In this document: piece by piece, positions 61,120 through 64,000 of the stretch
Layout: every line of letters begins with the position of its first letter
Numbering within the stretch: the stretch's first letter is position 1
Source: Pseudovirgaria hyperparasitica
Taxonomy: Eukaryota
Assembly (NCBI GenBank): GCA_010093815.1
Contig: ML996567.1
Reading direction: 5' to 3' (one strand)
DNA length: 64,000 nucleotides
The notes under the pieces: generated by a model
Databases searched by the model: none
What the model was told of the DNA's origin: nothing
What the model saw: the letters and a program-made list of their open reading frames with translations, nothing else
Position numbers and translations under genes: made by a program

Positions 61120-62760
61120 ATGTCCTCCAATCCGTTCCGCCGCTCCCAGCTCCCATCTGTGACCAGTGCGCCTCCAGTAACATTCAGAACCGGATCTCCG
61201 GAAGTAGATGGGTCTCTAGATGGTATGACGGAGATCCATTCAGAGCAACTGAGCTAACTGTTATAAGCTGGAAGAACATCATTACCGTCTGATAAGAAGA
61301 AGACAGTCCGCATCAACTCACCCCCGCAATCGCCGCCCACGGCCACACAAGCATACCAAGATGCGTTATCGGATCGGATTCCACGAAGCTCACACGAAGG
61401 GTCGCCTCCTCCGCAGCCGTTTCTCGCTAGATCCGATCCACAACGAGGCGAAGCGGTCGATCCGTTTGAGCGCGATCTCTCCGACTCTGAGTTGGCGCAG
61501 GAGAATGATGAGACGACATTGTATGCAAGAAGGAGCTCTTCACCAATATCGCACCCAGCCGAGCCAACAGCTGGAGCTCCACTCAATCCATTCTCCAAGA
61601 CTTTGGCCAACATAGAACCGGTCGGATTGAACTCCACCCAGAAAGAGACTCAGGTCGATAGGAAGCCCACAGAGAGGATGAGAGCATCGCTAGATGTTGA
61701 TGCGTTCAAGAGACTCCTAATGACAGGTAGTGCTGTACCAACATCGTCTGGTACACCACCTCGTACACAATCCCAACTTGGAACCGTCGCAGAAGCGGGC
61801 GACACCTCGGAGGACCAATCGCTGTCGAGACAATCGACAGCCAGCTTGCACTATGACCTCGTGCGGGAGGAGTCTCCTTCAACAGCCCACCAAGATGATC
61901 TAGTCTCGGAGAGCAAGGATCGTGCAGACTCCGTCAACGAGAGCAAGAAGCCAGAAAAAAAGAAGCCTCCTCCACCAAAGCATCGCCATGGCAAGCCTGT
62001 CGGGCCACGCGCTCCGCAGACAGTCTCCTTCTCGGACTTCACATTATCCATGACCACCGAACATGAACCCGTGACCTTCACCAGCGGTCCCTCCACAGAT
62101 CTCAACAAACCGCTTCCGCTTCCACCTGTTCCAGCCGCATCCACCAGAACCTCCTCCTCTCGCGAAACCACCGATTCCTTGGACCAAAGTCCGCAAACAA
62201 GCACCTCCGCCTTACCTACAATAACCACAGAACCCACATCGCAGAAGAAGGCTCCTCCTGCCCCTCCAATAACCCGTCGTCATTCCCAGCTCCGCACCGC
62301 GTCCAAGCAACCAGAAACCCGCTCCCGCTCCAACTCAAACCTCACAATCTCCTCTCAACACTCCGACACACCCTCCACATCCATGACACACAAGACAGCT
62401 CCACCTCCGCCTCCACCCACGCGCCGTCCCGGCGCAGGCGCAAGCACATCTTCAGACATCCCCCGCTCGTCGCGCTCGTCCATACATTCGATACAGGCCT
62501 CTGGGTCTCTTCCACCCGCTCCCCCACCGCGGCGCGGCTCCAGTAGAAGCAGCATGGACGTGGTGCGTCCGAGCGTCGAGGCCTTGGCAGATGCAAGGCG
62601 TGTGAGCAGCGACAGCAAGCGGTTCAGTCGAAGCTCGATTGACGAGGATGCAGCTGTAGATGGGAGGTCTGAGAGCGTGGACATCTTGGCTGAGATGGCG
62701 CGGTTGCAGGCGGAGGTAGATGCGTTACGACAGGGGATTGGGCGCGAGCATAATAAGTAA
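61120..62760 (+). CDS. Pro/Ser-rich hypothetical protein with C-terminal coiled coil; intron 61223-61267
   Basis: MSSNPFRR start and in-frame intron. LDVDAFKRLLMTG, KKKPPPPKHRHGK, DILAEMARLQAEVDALR. Confidence 0.8.
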
Positions 62761-63423
62761 GCGCCTGAGATATTGGCGCTGCATTCCAACGTGGAGCAAT
62801 TACGATTTGGCGGAGGGATCTAGTGGGCTTGTACGAGGAATCCTTTAAGCCTTGATCATTGCGATGTGAATATGGAGCATGGTGTTTTTTTGTTCCTCGC
62901 GTGGATTTTCGGTATATAAGCGTCGGAATCTGTGGTTAGTTACATAGATCGCTATATTAAGGAGAACCGAGACTTTCTCGATATGGTGAACACATCACAG
63001 ACACAGTGGGATGGGCTTTACTGTAGGTACCGATCGCAGGCGAGACATGCTTGGGCACCCATTGAAACAGGTTCTATTCACATATTCAACCACCTATCAT
63101 AGGCCTACCATTTGTGTGTATGAAAGTCTATAGATGCATAGATACTGAGCCGCCTGGTACCTTCTATCCAGATTAACAGTGTCTACGGAGATCTCTAGTC
63201 TCGGTGTGTGCTGATTGCTCAAGATGACTTTATTGAAAGAGTGGTTTTAACAGGTTGTGCAGCTGGACAGTCTTATGGAGCATAAGACTGTCGATCACGT
63301 TAGGGGCAACACATATGTTTTGCTCTCACAATCAGGTGCGGACAACACGGTCAATGAGTTTGGAGTGCCACTACCTACTAGAGTAATCCATCTAGGACGG
63401 ATGATAGGGATTGTATGAATTGT

Positions 63424-64000
63424 TCAGGCCAGCAGCGTCTCGACTTGCTGCTGACTCAACCGGCCACTTGACCCTCCTGAAAATTGCGGCCTGGCTGGTG
63501 GTCTCTTTGGGCGTTCGGCCTGCTTCGGTGCTGTGCTGAGTTCCTGCTCGATGACCGGCACTGTGCGTCGCCTTGCTCCGGTCACGGGTCTTTTCGTTGG
63601 ATCCTGCTCCACTGCCGCATCTGCTTCAATGTTCTTCACGAATTTCGCGATTGACATGCTGTATCCTCCAATCCACTCGCCCCAGCTCTTGTTCTCAGTG
63701 TGTTCTGAGGTCCAATTAGATGACAGGACGTGTGACATGGCACAGATCGACATACCATTCATGCCTCCTGATGACTCCGTGTTTTGGTTTGATCGGGACC
63801 GCTGCTCTCTCCTCGAATCAACGATGCCCCTGGCAATCTTGTTCGCCGAGTTGATGCCGCTCTGAATTGTCCGCACATCGTCCAAGCTAATATTGGCTGG
63901 TAATGGGATTCGATAGTTGCCTGTCAGCGTCACAGCCTTACCTGGGCCGGCGATAAGCTCTTCTACTACTGGTTCACTCGCACAAGGCACGTCTTCTGCG
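63424..64000 (-). CDS. 3' end of a hypothetical protein (5' part outside window); probable in-frame intron 63755-63705
   Basis: Open frame to the window edge. GTATGT..CTAAT..CAG 51-nt intron. Protein-like KSWGEWIGGYSM segment. Confidence 0.65.
   Translation of the reverse strand, partial: AEDVPCASEPVVEELIAGPGKAVTLTGNYRIPLPANISLDDVRTIQSGINSANKIARGIVDSRREQRSRSNQNTESSGGMNGMSICAMSHVLSSNWTSEHTENKSWGEWIGGYSMSIAKFVKNIEADAAVEQDPTKRPVTGARRRTVPVIEQELSTAPKQAERPKRPPARPQFSGGSSGRLSQQQVETLLA

Noticed and set aside
62760..62870. TPP riboswitch-like words (CTGAGA, CTTGATC)
   Set aside because: Spacing and helices do not fit, there is no GCGAAAGG-type 3' end, and no thiamine gene lies nearby.

Overview
Intron-containing nuclear DNA of a filamentous ascomycete (Pezizomycotina-type GT..CTRAC..YAG introns of mostly 45-120 nt). 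About 21 protein-coding genes were found, mostly housekeeping: APC1, catechol O-methyltransferase, fatty-aldehyde dehydrogenase, a GTPBP1/2-like GTPase, a C2H2 transcription factor, cystathionine gamma-synthase, UTP22, an SPX-RING ligase, two MFS transporters, an FBXO21-like F-box protein, a Zn2Cys6 factor, VPS51, RMI1, ECO1 and several hypotheticals. No tRNA, rRNA, transposase or true CRISPR locus was recognised. Three items stand out. (1) A non-coding array at 52.4-53.2 kb with a period of about 120 bp, in which a three-part core (GACCCGAGTAC..ACGATC..CTGCCT) is conserved and the spacers are unrelated. (2) An intronless Doc-type Fic gene (HAFQDGNKR) lying tail-to-tail with a three-exon unknown gene that the ORF track misses and that has a mitochondrial-presequence-like N-terminus; this is a candidate toxin/partner module. 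(3) A roughly 400-nt, extensively base-paired candidate ncRNA between VPS51 and RMI1. All product calls rest on motif recognition by eye; no database search or folding program was run.
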